From: Callorhinchus milii
Taxonomy: Eukaryota
Length of the DNA stretch: 64,000 nt
Assembly (NCBI RefSeq): GCF_018977255.1
Contig: NW_024704742.1
Location: 134,914,001-134,978,000, forward strand
Reading direction: 5' to 3'
The translations under genes and the position numbers were made by a program. The notes beneath the pieces were generated by a model, which saw only the letters and a program-made list of their open reading frames with translations, made no database searches and was not told the DNA's origin. Below, one piece after another: positions 63,581 to 64,000 of this stretch (positions are counted from its first letter, which is position 1; each line of letters starts with the position of its first letter).

Positions 63581-64000
63581 TGAATATTCTAGATGCTATA
63601 TCGAATGCAAGGATTTTATAATTTTACTATTTGAAAGTAGAATGTGTGCTAGTTTTTAAAAATAAATACTTGTATTTTATACAATAATTTATGCCAAAGA
63701 GACACAGTGGCTAATGTCAAAACACACTGCGCAATTAGTTACTTTGAAATACAGCGACTCTTATAAAGGCTAATGTGGCAGTTAATTTATGCCAACATGA
63801 ACCAAAAATGAGATGAATGAGCAATTTTAGTCCAGTGAATTTTGAATGGAGGAGCAATATTAGCCAGTTGGAGAACTTCCTGCTTTTCAAATTAGTGCAA
63901 TGGGATGTTAAATACCCACATGAATTACTGGATAAGGCAGATGAGACCCCGTTTAACATCTTAGCTTATGGAGCGATGCTCCCCCAGTACTGCACTGGAA

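Overview
Vertebrate nuclear genomic DNA, not prokaryotic. It is most likely a cartilaginous fish (shark or chimaera), inferred from the mix of L2, CR1, Deu-domain SINEs and a very abundant tRNA-Ala-like SINE. The window lies inside one large minus-strand gene, WDR7 (rabconnectin-3 beta). Four internal coding exons (32447-32564, 30947-31096, 28870-28952, 26854-26953) have GT-AG boundaries and splice in frame to [43 protein letters not shown]...[10 protein letters not shown]. The ORF track misses these exons or captures them only partly. The flanking exons were not found, so both bordering introns are probably longer than 26 kb. The rest is intron, densely filled with retroposons: two young near-identical 5'-truncated L2 LINEs (one with an unbroken RT ORF), older L2 and CR1 fragments, and two SINE families sharing an L2-like 3' tail. 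There are also several nested insertions with target-site duplications (TSDs), a Penelope-type hammerhead relic, an unidentified two-copy repeat, and AT-rich unique blocks that may be conserved non-coding elements. I found no CRISPR array, operon, rRNA or true tRNA gene, and cannot support a new multi-gene system. Repeat boundaries are estimated by eye and approximate; family names come from recalled consensus motifs, not database searches.
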